A stretch of 64,000 nucleotides of DNA. Origin: an uncultured Gemmataceae bacterium (lineage in GTDB: Bacteria; Planctomycetota; Planctomycetia; Gemmatales; Gemmataceae). Positions 15,545 to 30,500 of the stretch are shown here, in pieces; the first letter of the stretch is position 1; the number at the start of each line of letters is the position of its first letter. Both the position numbers and the translations under genes were made by a program. The DNA lies in NCBI GenBank assembly GCA_963750165.1, contig CAVVPN010000011.1:1184001-1248000 (forward strand), read 5' to 3'. The notes below the pieces were generated by a model. That model ran no database searches. It was not told where the DNA came from and saw nothing but the letters and a program-made list of their open reading frames with translations.

Positions 15545-18500
15545 ATGGCATGGAAGAATTTTCTCCTCAACCGCCTTCGCAAAGCCCCCAAGACCTCCGC
15601 CAGGAACCAGCAACACAACTCGCCGAAGCGCCGCAAGCGTCACCTGCATCTGGAACAGCTGGAAACCCGCGAAGTGCCGGCGACGATCACCAACGTCAGC
15701 AACGTGCTGAACTACACCGCCGGGGCCAGCATCAACAACAACCTGTCCGTGACGATCTCCGGCAGCAACTTCGTCTTCCATGACACCGCCGAGACAATCA
15801 CCACGAGCATCTCGGGCGCGACTGGCAGCGGCACCAACACCGTCAACGTGCCGACGACCAGCATCACCGGCATCACGCTGAACCTGGCCGACGGGGCGGA
15901 CACGATCAGCGCCAGTGGCGTGGTCCTCACCACGCAGGCGATGATTATCAACCACTCGGGCACCGGCCTGACCATCACCGGCCCGCTGACAACGACGACC
16001 GGCTCGATCACGGTCAACAACACCGGCACCGGGGACATCACCGAGGCGGGCAACATCACCTCGACCAGCGGCAGCGTCTCCGTCTCGAGCAACAACAACT
16101 ACACCCTGAACGCCAAGATCAACGCCGGCAGCGGCACCATCACCCTCAAGGCCGACCAGGGCAGCGCCGGGACAGGGTCGTTCACCCAGAACGCCAGCAA
16201 CACCGTCAGTACGATCACCACCACGAACACGACCGCCAACGCCGTCAGCATCACGGTCAACACCAGCAGCAACGGCGGCACCGGCAACGCCAACATTCGC
16301 ACCATCGCGGCGACCAGTGGCACGCTGAACATCAACGCCTACGGCGGCAGCATCCTCTACGCCGGCACCGACACCCTGACGGCCGGCCAGGCCGCGTTGA
16401 CGACACTGGCTCCGGACATCACCGGCCCCGCCCCCAGCCTCGGTGGGGGTGGGAGCGCGCCCACCGGCACGGTCAACGCCAAGACGTACATCCTCGCGAC
16501 CTCCCCCACGGGCTCGGGGTCCATCGGCACGGCCGCGCGGCCGATTAACACCGTGACGGTCTCGGGGAACTCGGTCGGCCTCGCTGCGGGCAGCGGCGGC
16601 GCTTACTTCGTCGATTGGTACGCAGGCACCACCACCCTGTCCAGCGCCAGCGCCACGGGCGCGGGCAGCGTCGAGGTGGTGTCGGCCAACGCTGGCGGCC
16701 ACAACCTGGTCGTCGCCGGCAACGTGACGACCGGCTCGGGCAACATCGTCCTGGCGGCCGACGACGACTTCACCGTCAACAGCGGCGTGACCATCGGCGG
16801 CGCGGGCTTCTCCGGCGATGTCTACATGGCGTGCAACCGGGACACCGGCAACGGCGAGAACCTGACCGTCTCGGGCACGATCACCAGTTCCAACACCACG
16901 GCCAGCGCGGTGGTCATCGAAGGCTTCCACACCGAGGACAACGGCACCAACAGCGGCGTGGTGAACGTGTCCAACATCACGGTGGGCAACGGTGGCACGA
17001 TCAACCTCTCGACGGTGCCCTCCAGCGCCCCGGCGGGGCAGGGCACCATCATCGTGGCGAGTACCTCGACGGTCCTGAACGCCGGCCCGCTCGGCACGGT
17101 CAACTTCCTCGCCACGTCGATGAATGGCAACACGACCTACACGTCGGTGGTGGGCACCTCGGCGACGCCGATCAAGGTCACCGCGGGCAACGTCATCGTC
17201 ACCGCGAACGTTGGGGCGGGGACTGCGACGGTGGAGCCGGCTTCAGTTTACGTGACCGACACGATTGCCGGCAACTTCACGGCGACGATCGGCAACAGCG
17301 TCAACACCGCCGCCAGCAGCTACAACCTGACCACGACCGCCGGCGCCCTGACCGTTCTCAATCCGATCTCCAACGTCAATAATGGCGCCATCAACCTCAC
17401 CGGCGCCGGCGGCGTCGTGCTGAACGCCGATGTCGGCGGCGGCGCGACGGGCGCGGTCAACATCAACGGCCCGCTCAGCGGCACCGCCAACATCGACCCG
17501 ACCACCGGCACCGTCACCCTCACGCAGAACGCCGACTCCACCTTCGACGGCAGCATCACCGGGTCGCAGAACCTGGTCAAGGCGGGCACCGGCAACCTGA
17601 CCCTGGCGGGGACCAGCAGCGCCTGGATGGGCACGACCGCGATCAACGGCGGTTCGCTCGTCGTCACCGGCACCGAAACCGGCACCAGCAACGTGACCAC
17701 GAGCGGCACGGGCTTGCTGTCCGGCACCGGCACCGTGGACGCCGCGCAGATCAGCGGCACGTTCTCCCCGGGCACCGGGCCGAGCACCACCGGCATCCTC
17801 ACCGTCCCGAACCTGACCCTGGCGTCCACCGCCACCTTCGCCGCGGATCTGAACGGCACCACGGCCGGGACGAGCTACGACCAGGTTAACGTGTCCGGCG
17901 CGGTGAGCCTGGGCAACGCCAACCTGGCGCTCAACGCGCTGTACCTGCCGATGGGCGGCGACAGCTACGTGCTCATCAACAACGCCGGCAGCAACCCCGT
18001 CAGCGGCACCTTCTTCGGCCTGCCCGAGGGGGCCGTCTTCACCCAGGGCGGCCTGCAGTACCGCATCACGTACCAGGGCGGGGACGGCAACGATGTCGTC
18101 GTCACCAACATCGCCAGCAGCCCGAACACGACGCTGGATGTCCTCAACGGCGCCGTCTACTTCCTGTCGGGCCAGGGGGTGAACAACGCGCTGGCGATCA
18201 GCCAGGACGGCACGAACTACACCGTCAGCGACCCGTCCGGGCCCATCACCCTGAGCGCCAACGCCGTCGCGGCCGGCTGGATGGGCAGCGGCACCACCAC
18301 GGTGACCGGCCCGTTGGCGGGGATCACCGTGGTGTCGGTCAACCTGAGTGACGGCACCGACACGATCACCGGCCTTGACACCGGCCCCACCGCCAGCCTG
18401 GTGCTGAGCGGCTCCGGTTCGGTCAACCTGACCGGGGCGGTGACCAGCGCCGGGCCCGTGACCGTCACCGGCGAGACGAACGTCACGGCTTCCTCCACGG

Positions 18501-21500
18501 GATCGGTGACGGGCACGACCCTGACCTTGAACGTGTCCAACGGCGCCGGCACTTCCACCCAGCCGCTCCCGATTGCCATGACGGCCGTCGTGGCCGAAGT
18601 GGGCGCGGACGGCCTCTACCTGGCCGAGGCGGACGGCGGCGACCTGACCGCCTCCGCCACCGGCGCGGGCAACATCAACGTCGTCAACGTCATGGGCACG
18701 CTGAACGTCGCCGGCCCCATCACGACCGTGACCGGCAACATCAGCCTGTCGAGCGGCGACGCCATCACCCTGGGCGCCAACCTCAACGCCGGCAGCGGCA
18801 CGATCAGCATCGCGGCCAACACCGACGGGACCGGCGGCGAGGGCTACGACCAACAGGCCGCCACCCTGACCACCACCAACACCACCGCCAACGCCCTGGC
18901 GATCACGGTCAACACGGCCAGCGGCGGCACCGGTGACGCCGTCATCGGCAAGGGCAACATCGGCTCGTCCGCCGGCGGCACGATCACGGTCAACAGCAAC
19001 GGCGGCAACATCCTCTGGAGCAACGACCCCAGCTACACCGCCTTCACCACCTCCCAGACCGGCCTGAGCAACGGCGGCAGCAACACCCAGACGCTGCGGG
19101 CCCGCCTGTACAACTTCACCGCCACTGGCGCCGGCGGCATCGGCGCCGACCCCCGCCCGTTGCAGATCGACAACTTCGGGCCGGACAGCGTCGCGGCCAC
19201 GCCGCCGACCCTGACGGCCAGCGCCGGCGATGGCGGCATCTACGTCGTCGGCTGGGACCAGAACGGCAACGACCTGACCACCGGCAACCTCGCCGCCACC
19301 GGCGCGGGCAGCATTCGCGTCGTCGCGGCCAATGCCGGCGGCCACAACCTCTGGGTCGAAGGCAACGTCAGCGCCGTCTCGGGCAACATTTATCTGGCGG
19401 CGGACGACAACCTCAACGTCGGGCCGGGCGTGACCATCGGCGGTATCGGCTTCAGCGGCACCGTCTGGATGTCGGCCAACCGCGACCGCGGCACCGCCGG
19501 CCAGACGTTCACCATGGACCCTACCTCGGCCATCGTCACCAGCAGCTTGGTGAACAACACCGTCCCCCTGACCAACCTGCGCACGCCGACGGACCAGGCC
19601 GTGTACCTGGACATCTCTGGCGACGCCGGCACCCCCTCGACCATCACCCTGGGCAGCATCACCGCGGGCGACGGCGGCCGCATCGTCGTCAACGCCATCC
19701 CCTACGCCAACCTGTTCGCCCCGGAGACCGACGCCGGCCACCTCGTCATGGCGGGGCCGGCCAACGTTCTGAACGCCGGGCCGACCGGCACGGTCGAACT
19801 CGTGGGCCGCATCTCCGCGACGGCCGTGGCCGATGCCATCGGCACCGCGGCGACGCCGATCGCGGTGACGGCCGGCACCGTCGTCACCAACAGCAATTAC
19901 GGCAACGTCTACGTCACCGACTCGGTGGCCGCCAGCATCTCCTCGACGATCATGATTAACACGGACGGCGCGACCGGGCAGACCGGGGCACCGTCCCTGA
20001 ATTTCACGACGACTGCCGGGGCCCTGACCATCAACGACGTGATCGGCAACGTCAACGGCGGAGCCATCAACCTGAACGGGGCCGGCGGCGTGGTGCTGAA
20101 CACCGACGTCGGAGGCTCGGGCACCGGGGCGATCGGCATCACCGGCGGCCTCAGCGGCGCCGGCAACATCGACCTGGACAGCGGCGCGGTCACCGTCACC
20201 CAGTCCGTCGATTCCAGCTACGACGGGGACATCAACGGCGCGCAGGCCCTGACCAAGGCCGGGACCGGCAACCTCACCCTCACCAACATGGAGGCCTACA
20301 CCGGGGCCACCGTCATCAGCGGCGGCGTGCTGTCCGTCAACGGCACGCTGCAGGGCACCAGCGGCGTCACCACCCCGGGCGGCACCCTGGCCGGCAGTGG
20401 CACAGTGAACGCAGCCGTCAACGCCCAGGGTGGGACGGTCTCCCCCGGGAACGGCGCCGTCGCCGTCCTGAACACCGGCAATCTGTCCTTCGGCACGGGC
20501 GGCACCCTCACCGTCAACCTGAACGGCTCGACCGCGCCCGGCACGGACTACGACCAGGTCAACGTCAACGGCACGGTCAACCTGACCAACACCACCCTGA
20601 ACATCCTGGTGGGCGTGTCCCCAACCTTGAACATCGGCGACACCTACACGATCATCAACAACGACCTGTCCAGCGCCGTCACGGGCACGTTCGCCAACAG
20701 CAGTTTCGCCGCGTCCGACAACCCCCGCTACCAGTTCACCGTGAGCTACGTGGGCGGCGACGGCAACGATGTCGTGCTCACCCTGAGCAACATCATCCCG
20801 CTGCGCCAGCTGGATGTCACCGGCGGCAACACGATCTTCTACACGTCGGGCGTCGGCATCGACAACAACATCACCCTCTCGACGAACGGCACGAGCTACA
20901 CCGTGTCGGACACCTCCGGCACCATCGCGCTGTCCGCGGCGGCCGTCGCCGCCGGCTGGACGGCGCCGGCACCATGACCGTGACCGGCCCGACCACCGGC
21001 ATCACGGCCGTAACGTTCGGCCTGACCGACGGCACCGACACCGTCACCGCCGCGGCGGCCGGGGCGGCCGACCTGACCTTCACCACGACGGGCACCCTCA
21101 CCGTCGCCGGCGCGGTCACGACCACCGGCGCCCTGACCTTCGTCAACCCGACCACGCTGACCGTGAACGGCTCCCTGACGGCCGGCGCGCTCAGCGATCC
21201 GGGAGTGACGGCGGTGAACGTGAACGCGCCGATCAGCGTCACCACCGCGAACGTGACGGCGACGGCGAGCGTCGTCCTGAACGCCAACCTCAGCGCCACC
21301 ACCTCGGCGGTGATCTCGGCGGCCGATCTCACCGCCACCGCGACCGGCATGGTCACGAGCCCGGTCATCACCCTGACCTCCGCCAACGAAATCGGCACCG
21401 CCACCAACCCCCTGAACACCGCCGGCAGCACCATCACGGCCAATGCCGGGGCCGGCGGCGTTTACCTCGCCGAGGCCGACGGCGCCAGCGTGACGGCCAC

Positions 21501-24500
21501 GGCCACCGGCGCCGGCAACGTCAGCATCACCAACGCCACCGGCACGCTGAACATCGCCGGGGCCACGACCACCGTCACCGGCAACCTCAGCCTGAGCAGC
21601 GGCGGGGCCATCACCCTGGGCGCCAACCTCAACGCCGGCAGCGGCACCATCACCATCGCCGCCGACACCCTCGGCACCATCGCCGCCGGCACCGCCGCCT
21701 TCGACCAGATGGGCGCCTCCATTACCACGACCAACACCACCGCCAACGCCCTGTCCATCACCGTCAACACGGCCAGCGCCGGCGCCGGCGATGCGATCAT
21801 CGGCCAGGGCTCGGTCGGCAGCAACAGCGGTGGCACGGTCACGGTCAACAGCAACGGCGGCAACATCCTCTGGAGCAACGACCCCAGCTACACCGCCTTC
21901 ACCTCCTCCCAGACCGGCCTGAGCAACGGCGGCAGCAACACCCAGACGTTGCACGCCTTCGTCTACAACCTGACCTCGACCGCCGGCATCGGCGCCGACG
22001 CCCGGCCGCTTCAGTTTGACAACTACGGCCTGGACGGCGGAGTGAACACGGTCAACGGCGTCACCGTGCCGAACCTGGTGGCCAGCGCGGGCGCCGGCGG
22101 CCTCTACGTCACCGACTGGGACAGCACCAACTCCCACGACCTGACCATCGGCACGGTCACGGCCACCGGCGCGGGCAACGTCCGCATCGTGACCGCGAAC
22201 GCCACCGGCCACAACCAGTGGATCGTCGGCAACGTGAGCGCCGGCAGCGGCTACATTTACCTGGCGTCGGACGACGACATTCACGTCCTGCCGAACGCGG
22301 TCATCGGCGGCACCGGCTTCAGCGGCAGCGTCTGGATGTCGGCCAACCGCGACGTGGCCACCAACGGCCAGCCGATCGTCTTCGACCCGACCGCCTCGGT
22401 CGTCACCAGCAGCACGGCGAACCAGAACGTCGCCCTCGCCTCCCGCACCCCGACCACCCAGGCCGTGTACATGGAAATCGGCGGCGGTACCACCGGGCCG
22501 GGCCTGGTGACGGTCGGCAACATCACCACCGGCGACGGCGGCCGGGTGGTACTGAACGGGTCGAACCTCGCCAGCCCGACCCAGACCGGCAAGATCAGCA
22601 TGGCGTCGGCCACCAACGTCATCGATGTCGGGCCGACGGGGACACTGGAGCTGGACGCCATCGGCATCACGGCCCTGGCCGACACCGCCGGCACGGCGGC
22701 CGTGCCGATCGCGGTCGCTGGCGGTAACGTCGTCGTCAACGTCCAGTTCGGCAACGTGTACGTCACCGGCCAGTCGGCCACGAACTTCGCCGGCGGCATC
22801 AGCCTGGCCGCGGGCGAGACGGGGGCACCGGTCCTGAACCTGGCGACCGCGGCCGGCCCGCTGACGATCAACGGGGCGACCGGCAACGTCAACGGCGGCA
22901 CCATCAGCCTGACCAGCACCGGCACCGGCGGCGGTGTGGCCATCAACGCCCCGCTGAGCAGCAGCACCACCGGCAACATCACCATTAACGCCGGCACCAA
23001 CGCCGCCACGCTGAACAGCACCCTGAGCCTGAACAGCACCCAGTCGCTCACCGTCACCGCCACCGGCGGGCTGACCGTCGGCGGCACCGGCGTCCTGTCC
23101 GGCACCGGCGTCGCCACCAACGCCACGCCCGTCGCGGTCCAGAGCGGCGGCACCCTGTCCCCCAACGGTGCCGGGGTCGGGACGCTCAACGTCGGCAACG
23201 TGGCCCTCGGCACGGGCGCCGTCCTCCGCGCCGACCTCAACAGCAACACCGCCAACGACACGCTAAACGTCACGGGCACGATCGACGTGACCGGCTCGAC
23301 CCTGGCGCTTTACGTCAACGGCCCGCTGACCGTGGGCACGGCGTTCACCCTGGTGTCCAACGACGGCACCGACCCCGTGATCGGCCAGTTCGCCGGCGGC
23401 ACGACCATCGCGGCCACGAACGACCCGCGCTACAGCTTCACCCTCAACTACGCGGGCGGCGACGGCAACGACATCGTGGCCACCCTGACCAGCTTCAACC
23501 CGGCCACGATCCTCGACGTGAACAACGGCGTCGTGACCTACCTGTCCGCTGCGAGCGTCACCAACGCCCTGACGGTCAGCCGGGCGGGCGGCAACTACAC
23601 CTTCACGGACCCGTCCACGACCATCACGCTCTCGGCGAACGCGCTGGCCGCCGGCTGGACGGGCAACGGCACCAGCACCGTGACCGGCCCGACCACGGGC
23701 GTCACCAGCCTGGCCCTCAACTTGGCCGACGGGGCCGACGGCATCGCCGGCATCGACGCCGGCACCGCCAGCGTCAGCATCACCGGCACTGGCTCGGTGA
23801 ACGTCAGTGGCGCCGTCTCGACCAGTTCGACAATCACGGTCAGCGGTATCACCGACCTGTCCGAGTCCGGCACCGGCGCGCTCCAGGGCACGACGGTCAC
23901 GCTGACGACCTCGAACAGCATCGGCACGAGCGTGACCCCGCTCGCCATCCAGGCCACGACCATCGTGAACAGCACGGGGGCCGGCGGCGTCTACGAGGCC
24001 GTGACCGGCGGGGCCAACGTGACCGCCGCGGCCACCGGCGCGGGGAACGTCAGCATCGCCAACACGACGGGCGTGCTGAACGTCGCCGGCAACGTGACCA
24101 CGGTCAGCGGTAACATCAGTCTGTCGAGCACGGACGACATCACCCTGAACGCCAACGTGAACGCCGGCAGCGGCACGATCACGCTCGCGGCCAACACCGA
24201 CGGCGCCGGCACCAACTCGCTGACCCAGGCCACCACCGGCAGCGCGATCACGACCACGAACAACAGCGCCAGCGCCGTGACCATCACGGTCAACACCAGC
24301 AGCGGCGGCACCGGCAACGCCAGCCTCCGCACCATCGCGGCGACCGCGGGCACCCTGACCGTCAACAGCAACGGCGGCAGCATCCTGTACGCCGGCACCG
24401 ACACCCTGACCGCCTCGCAGTCCGCGGCCACGACGCTGGCCCCGGGCATCACCGGCCCGGCCGCGGGCGGCGCCGCCCCCACCGGCGCGATCAACGCGCT

Positions 24501-27500
24501 GAACTACGTGCTGACGGCCACCGGGGCGGGCTCAATCGGCACGGCGGCCCGGCCGATTAACGCGAGCACCCCGGCCAGCAACACCGAACTGTTCAACGCC
24601 GGCAGCGGCGGCATTTACTTCGTCGATTTCGGTAACCCGATGACGCTGAACGGGGCAACGGCGACGGGCGCCGGCAGCGTCGAGGTGGTCGCAGGCAACG
24701 CCAGCGGCCACAACCTGGTCGTGGCCGGCAACGTCACCACCGGCTCGGGCAACATCGTCCTGGCGGCCGACGACGACTTCACCATCAACGCCAGCGTCAC
24801 CATCGGCGGCGCCGGCTTCTCCGGCCAGGTCTACCTCGCCTGCAACCGCGACACCGGCAACACCGAGACCTTGAACGCCCTCGGCTCGATCATTACCTCG
24901 AACACCTCGGCTGCCGCCGTCGTCATCGAAGGTTTCCACACCGCGAACAACGGCACCAACGCCGGCGCGACCATCGTGAACAACGTCACGGTGGGCAACG
25001 GCGGCACCATCATCGTCTCGACGGTGCCGACCAGCCAGCCCACCGGTCAGGGCACGATCCTCGCGGCCAACGCCTCGTCGGTGCTGAACGCCGGCCCGCT
25101 CGGCACGGTCACGTTCATCGCCTCGACCATGTACGGCAACGCAACCTACACGAGCGCGGTGGGCACCGCCGCCCTGCCCCTCACGGTCACGGCCGGCACC
25201 GTGAACATCTCGGCCAACTCGGGCACCTCGGCGGGCAACGGCACCGGCACCGCCGGCCCGGCCGACTCCGTGTACGTGACGGACACCATCGCGGGCAGCT
25301 TCACTGCCACGACCGGCAGCGTCAGCCCGAGCGGCAGCATCAACCTGACCACGACCAGCGGCGCCCTGACCATCGCCGGCTCGACCAGCACCGGCAACAG
25401 CAACGCCATCAACCTGAGCGGCGCCGGCGGCGTGGTCGTGAACTCGACGCTCGGCGGCAGCGCGACGGGCGCGATCACCATCGCCAACAGCCTGAGCGGC
25501 ACGGGGACGGTCGGCACCGGCAGCAACGCCGTGACCCTGACCGGCCCGCTGTCTCCGGGCACCTTCGGCACCACCGGCATCCTGACCGTCAGCAACCTGA
25601 CCTTCGGGACCGGCGCCGCCTTCTACGCCGACCTGAACAGCGCGGCGGCCGGCCCGGGCACCGGCTACGACGAGCTGAACGTGACCGGCACGGTGAACCT
25701 GACCGGTGTGGCCTTGAACCTGATCGTCCCGACGACCGGGCTGAACGTGGGCGACTCGTTCACCCTGATCAACAACGCCGCCAACGCAGTCATGGGCACG
25801 TTCACCAACCTCTCCAGCTCCAACACGGTGGCGGCCCTGAACAACCCGCTCTACACCTTTACCATCAACTATGCGGGCGGCGCCAGCGGCCTGAACGTGA
25901 TCGCGACGCTGACCAACATCGCCAGCCCCGGCACGCTCGACGTGAGCAACGGCGTGGCCACCTACACCGCCGGCCTGGGCATGGACAACAACGTCACCCT
26001 GGACATGGACGGCATGGGCAACTACCTGCTGTCCGACACGGCCAACGTGCCGGTCATCCTGGACCAGAACGCCATCAACTCGGGCTGGACGGTCAACGGC
26101 AGCGGCGTCGCGACCGGCCCGACCTCTACCGCGACCCAGTGGGCGTTCAACCTGGCCGACGGCAACGATGCCTTTGCACTGCTGAACGCCGGCTTCGCCA
26201 ACGTGACCGTGACGGGCACCGGTTCGCTGGCTCTGAACGGCGACGTGACCACCGCCGCCTTCACGGTCAGCCAGTTCGGCAGCGTCGCGGGCACCGGCAC
26301 CATCACCGCCACGTCGGTGAGCATCGTCGGGGCGAATAACTTGCCGCTGACCTTCGGGCGCTGAACGTGGCGGCCGGCGACATCACCGTCACCGACAACA
26401 GCACCGTGACGTTCAACGGCGTGATCGCGGCCCCGACCTCGAACTTCACCCTGACCGGGGCCGCCAACATCGTCGCCGGGACGGGCGGCCAGATCGGCGC
26501 CACCACGCTCACCCTGGGCTCGGCCAACGGCATCGGCACCGCGGCCAATCCGCTGGGCACCCAGGCCACGACCATCGTGGCCAACGCCGGGGCCGGCGGC
26601 GTCTACCTCGCCGAAGCCGACGGCGCCAGCGTGACGGCCACGGCCACCGGCGCCGGCAACGTCAGCATCACCAACGCCACCGGCACGCTGAACATCGCCG
26701 GGGCCACGACCACCGTCACCGGCAATCTAAGCCTGAGCAGCGGCGGGGCCATTACCCTGGGCGCCAACCTCAACGCCGGCAGCGGCACCATCACCATCGC
26801 CGCCGACACTCTCGGCACCACCACCGCCGGCACCGCCGCCTTCGACCAGATGGGCGCCTCCATTACCACGACCAACACCACCGCCAACGCCCTGTCCATC
26901 ACGGTCAACACGGCCAGCGCCGGCGCCGGCGACGCGATCATCGGCAAGGGCTCGGTCGGCAGCAACAGCGGCGGCACGGTCACGGTCAACAGCAACGGCG
27001 GTAACATCCTCTGGAGCAACGACCCCAGCTACACCGCCTTCGGCAACTCCCAACTCGGCACCGCCAACGGCGGCTCCAACACCCAGGTACTCAAGACCAA
27101 CAACTACGTCTTCACGACCGCCACGACCGGCAGCGGTTCGATCGGCACCGCCGCCCGCCCGCTGCAAACCGACAGCTACGCCGCTGCCGATAGCACGGCC
27201 GACGCCGCCAACCTGTACCTGACGGCGGGCTCCGGCGGCATCTACGTCGTGGACTGGGGCGCCAACGGCAACAACGACATCACCCTGCGCCAGGCCAGCG
27301 CCCAGGGCGCCGGCAACATCCTGGTCGTGGCGGCCAACGCCGGCGGCCACGACCTGTTCGTGGATGGCCCGGTCAGCACCGGCTCGGGCTCGATTGCCCT
27401 GTACGCCGACGACGACCTGATCTTCACCAACAACGCCCAGATCGGCGGCACCGGCTTCTCCGGCACCGTGGACTTGCGGCAGGACCGTGACAACGCCAAC

Positions 27501-30500
27501 GGCGAGTTCTTCTACATGGCTCCCGGTTCCTCCATCGTCACCTCCAACGCCAGCTCCGGGATGGCCACGCCGGCCGTGCAGATCCTCGGCTACTCGGCGG
27601 CCGGCAGCAGCGACACGGTGGTGCTGACCGACGTGGCGGGCGGCGGCCTGGAACTCGGCAACATCACGGTCGGAGCCGGCGGCACGATCCTCGCCAACGC
27701 CAACGCCAACACCAACGCCGGCGGCCAGGGCAGCATTGTGCAGCAGCCCGGCACACTGCTGAGCACCGGCAGCACCGGCTCGCTGATCCTGATTGCCAAG
27801 GCCGTGGACGCCAGCGGCAGCGGCAACACCTCGGCCGGTTACGGCCTGGGCAACATCGGCATCGGCGGCACCCAGGCCGCGCCGCTGGCGCTGCCGATCA
27901 TCACGGACGCCGGCACGATCAGCGCCACGACGGTCGGCACCTCGCTGGCTAACACCGGCAACATCAACATCATCGCGACCGGCGCCGCCAGCTTCTCGGC
28001 GAGCACGACCGGCAACGCCACGGGCACGATCAACCTGACGACCAACGCGGGTGTGCTGACCGTCGGCGGCCCGACCAACACCGACGGCGGCGCCATCACC
28101 CTGACCAGCACCAGCACCACCGGCGGCGTGGCCATCACCGGCGTGCTTGACGACAGCGACACCGGCCCCATCACCATCAATGCCGGCACCAACCCGGCCA
28201 CCCTGAGCAACACGCTGACGCTGAACGACAACCAGGCGCTCACCGTCACCGCCACCGGCGGCCTGACGGTCGCCGCGACCGGTGTCCTGGCCGGCACCGG
28301 CGCGACGACCAACACCTACGCCGTCGCCACTCAACCCGGCGGCACGGTGAGCCCGGGCGCGATCCCGACGACCGTGGGCACCTTGAACACCGGCAACATG
28401 AACCTCACCGGTGGCACCTTCGCCGTGGACCTGACCGCGTCCGGCTCGAACCTGTTGAACGTGACCGGCACGGTCACCTTGACGGGGGCAACGCTGAGCG
28501 GCACCCTGGACACTGGGTTCACCCCGACGGTCGGCACGGTCTTCACCATCATCAACAACGACGGCACCGACGCGGTCATCGGCACCTTCGCCGGTCTGCC
28601 GGAAGGGTCCGTGACGACGATCGGCGGCCTGCCGTTCCAGGTCAGCTACGTGGGCGGCGACGGCAACGACGTGACGCTGACGGCCGTCAACCCGCCCGCC
28701 ACGCTGATTGTCACCAACTTCACCCCGACGCCGACCGGCTTCACGGTGCAGTTCTCGGCCCCCGTCAACGCCGCCGTGGTCAACCTCTACGACCAGGACG
28801 GCGCTTACGGCGCGGCGGATGTCACGCTGGTCGGCGCCACGACCGGCGCTGTCACAGGCTCGCTGGTGTTCAACAGCGACAACTCCGGCTTCACGTTCGT
28901 CAGTGCCGCCGGCCTTCTCCCCGCGGACAACTACACGCTTACCCTGGTCAGCGGCACCAGCGCCTTCAACGCGGCGGCCGGCGGCGGCCTGCTTGACGGC
29001 AACAACGACGGCACGCCGGGAGACAATTACACCAACGTCTTCACGGTGGCATCGCTGCCGAGCAACGCGGTGGTCCTGAGCGTCCCCAGCTTCACGCGCG
29101 GCTACGGGCAACCAGTCAATGTGCCAGCGTCGGGCTCCGGCATCCCGCTCACCCTGAGCACCGGCGTCAACGTCACCAGCGTCACCTTCACCCTGAATTT
29201 CAACCCGGCCCTGCTGCAACTCGACTCCTTCACCGTCAACCCGACCCTCATTGCGGAAGGCGCGTCGGGCACGATGAACGTCAACAACAACACTGGCGTG
29301 GCCAACTTCATCGTCAGTAGCGCCAGCCCGTTCTCGACTGCCGCCGGGGCGCTCACCCTGGGCACGATCTCGGCGACCGTCCCGAACACGGCGACCTACA
29401 CCTCCAAGGAAGTCCTGCACATCAGCAACCTGGTGATCGACGACAACGAGGCGATTCCGCAACCGCTGCCCTCCTATGGCCAGGACGGCGTTCACGTCGC
29501 TGCCTTCTTCGGCGACACCAACGGCAGCCAGGGCTACTCCTCGGCCGACGAGGTTCTGCTGCAGCGCGCCGTCGTGGGCAGCAACAGCGGCTTCTCCGCC
29601 TACAAGGACGCGGCCCCGGTGGTCACCGCCGGCCTCGCCGGCAACGCCACCCTCGGCGGCGCCGACGCCACGCTGCTGCAGCGCGTCATCCTCAACAACT
29701 CCACGACGACGGTGGTGCCGCCGCTGCCGACCGGCATCACGCCGCCAGCCACCGGGCCTGACCCCGAGGTGTTCATTCCGCAGAACCTGACCGTCACCGC
29801 CGGCCAGACCGTGACCGTGCCGGTGAACCTCATGGTCACCGAGTCCTCGAACCTCAACGGCATCAGCGGCTTCGACGTGGCCATCCTTTACGACCCCACG
29901 GCGTTCTCGGTCGCCGCGACTGGCGCCGTCACCCTGGGCAGCCTGGTCAGCGGTTCCAACCTGACCGGGGTCACGTTCACCCTGGCCTACAACGCAGCCA
30001 ACCCGGGCCACCTCGACATCACGGCCTACACGAGCGACGGCACAACCCCGACCAGCCTCAGCCCCGGCACGGTCGGCTCCCTGGTGAACATCCAGTTCAC
30101 CGCCCTGACGACCGCGGCACTCGGCTCCTCAGCCATCAACCTGGTTCCCCAGGACGGCAACACGCCGACTGATGTCAACGATAACAACGCCATCCAGTAC
30201 ACGCTTAGCCCAGCGCCGACGAGCGCCAGCAACGACTCCGTGGATGGCGTGGTGACCATCACGATGAGCACCAGCATCATGACGACCACGACGATCACGG
30301 ACCAGGGTCCGAACCCGTCGCTCAACTTCGGCAGCACGGTGCAGCCGGTGTCGTTCCTGGTCCACGTCGCGCCCGCCAGCGGCTCGGTCGCCGGCGACAC
30401 GGTGTCCCTGTCGGACAACGGCGTCGCCATCAGCGGCGCCACCGGCACCCTGGACGCCAGCGGCAACGCCACGATCACCCTCAGCACGGCCGCCCAGCTG

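Noticed and set aside
20955..26370. Programmed frameshifting or phase variation in the giant gene
   Set aside because: No slippery heptamer or long tract at the junctions; similar indels occur in housekeeping genes, which points to sequencing error (not fully excluded without reads)
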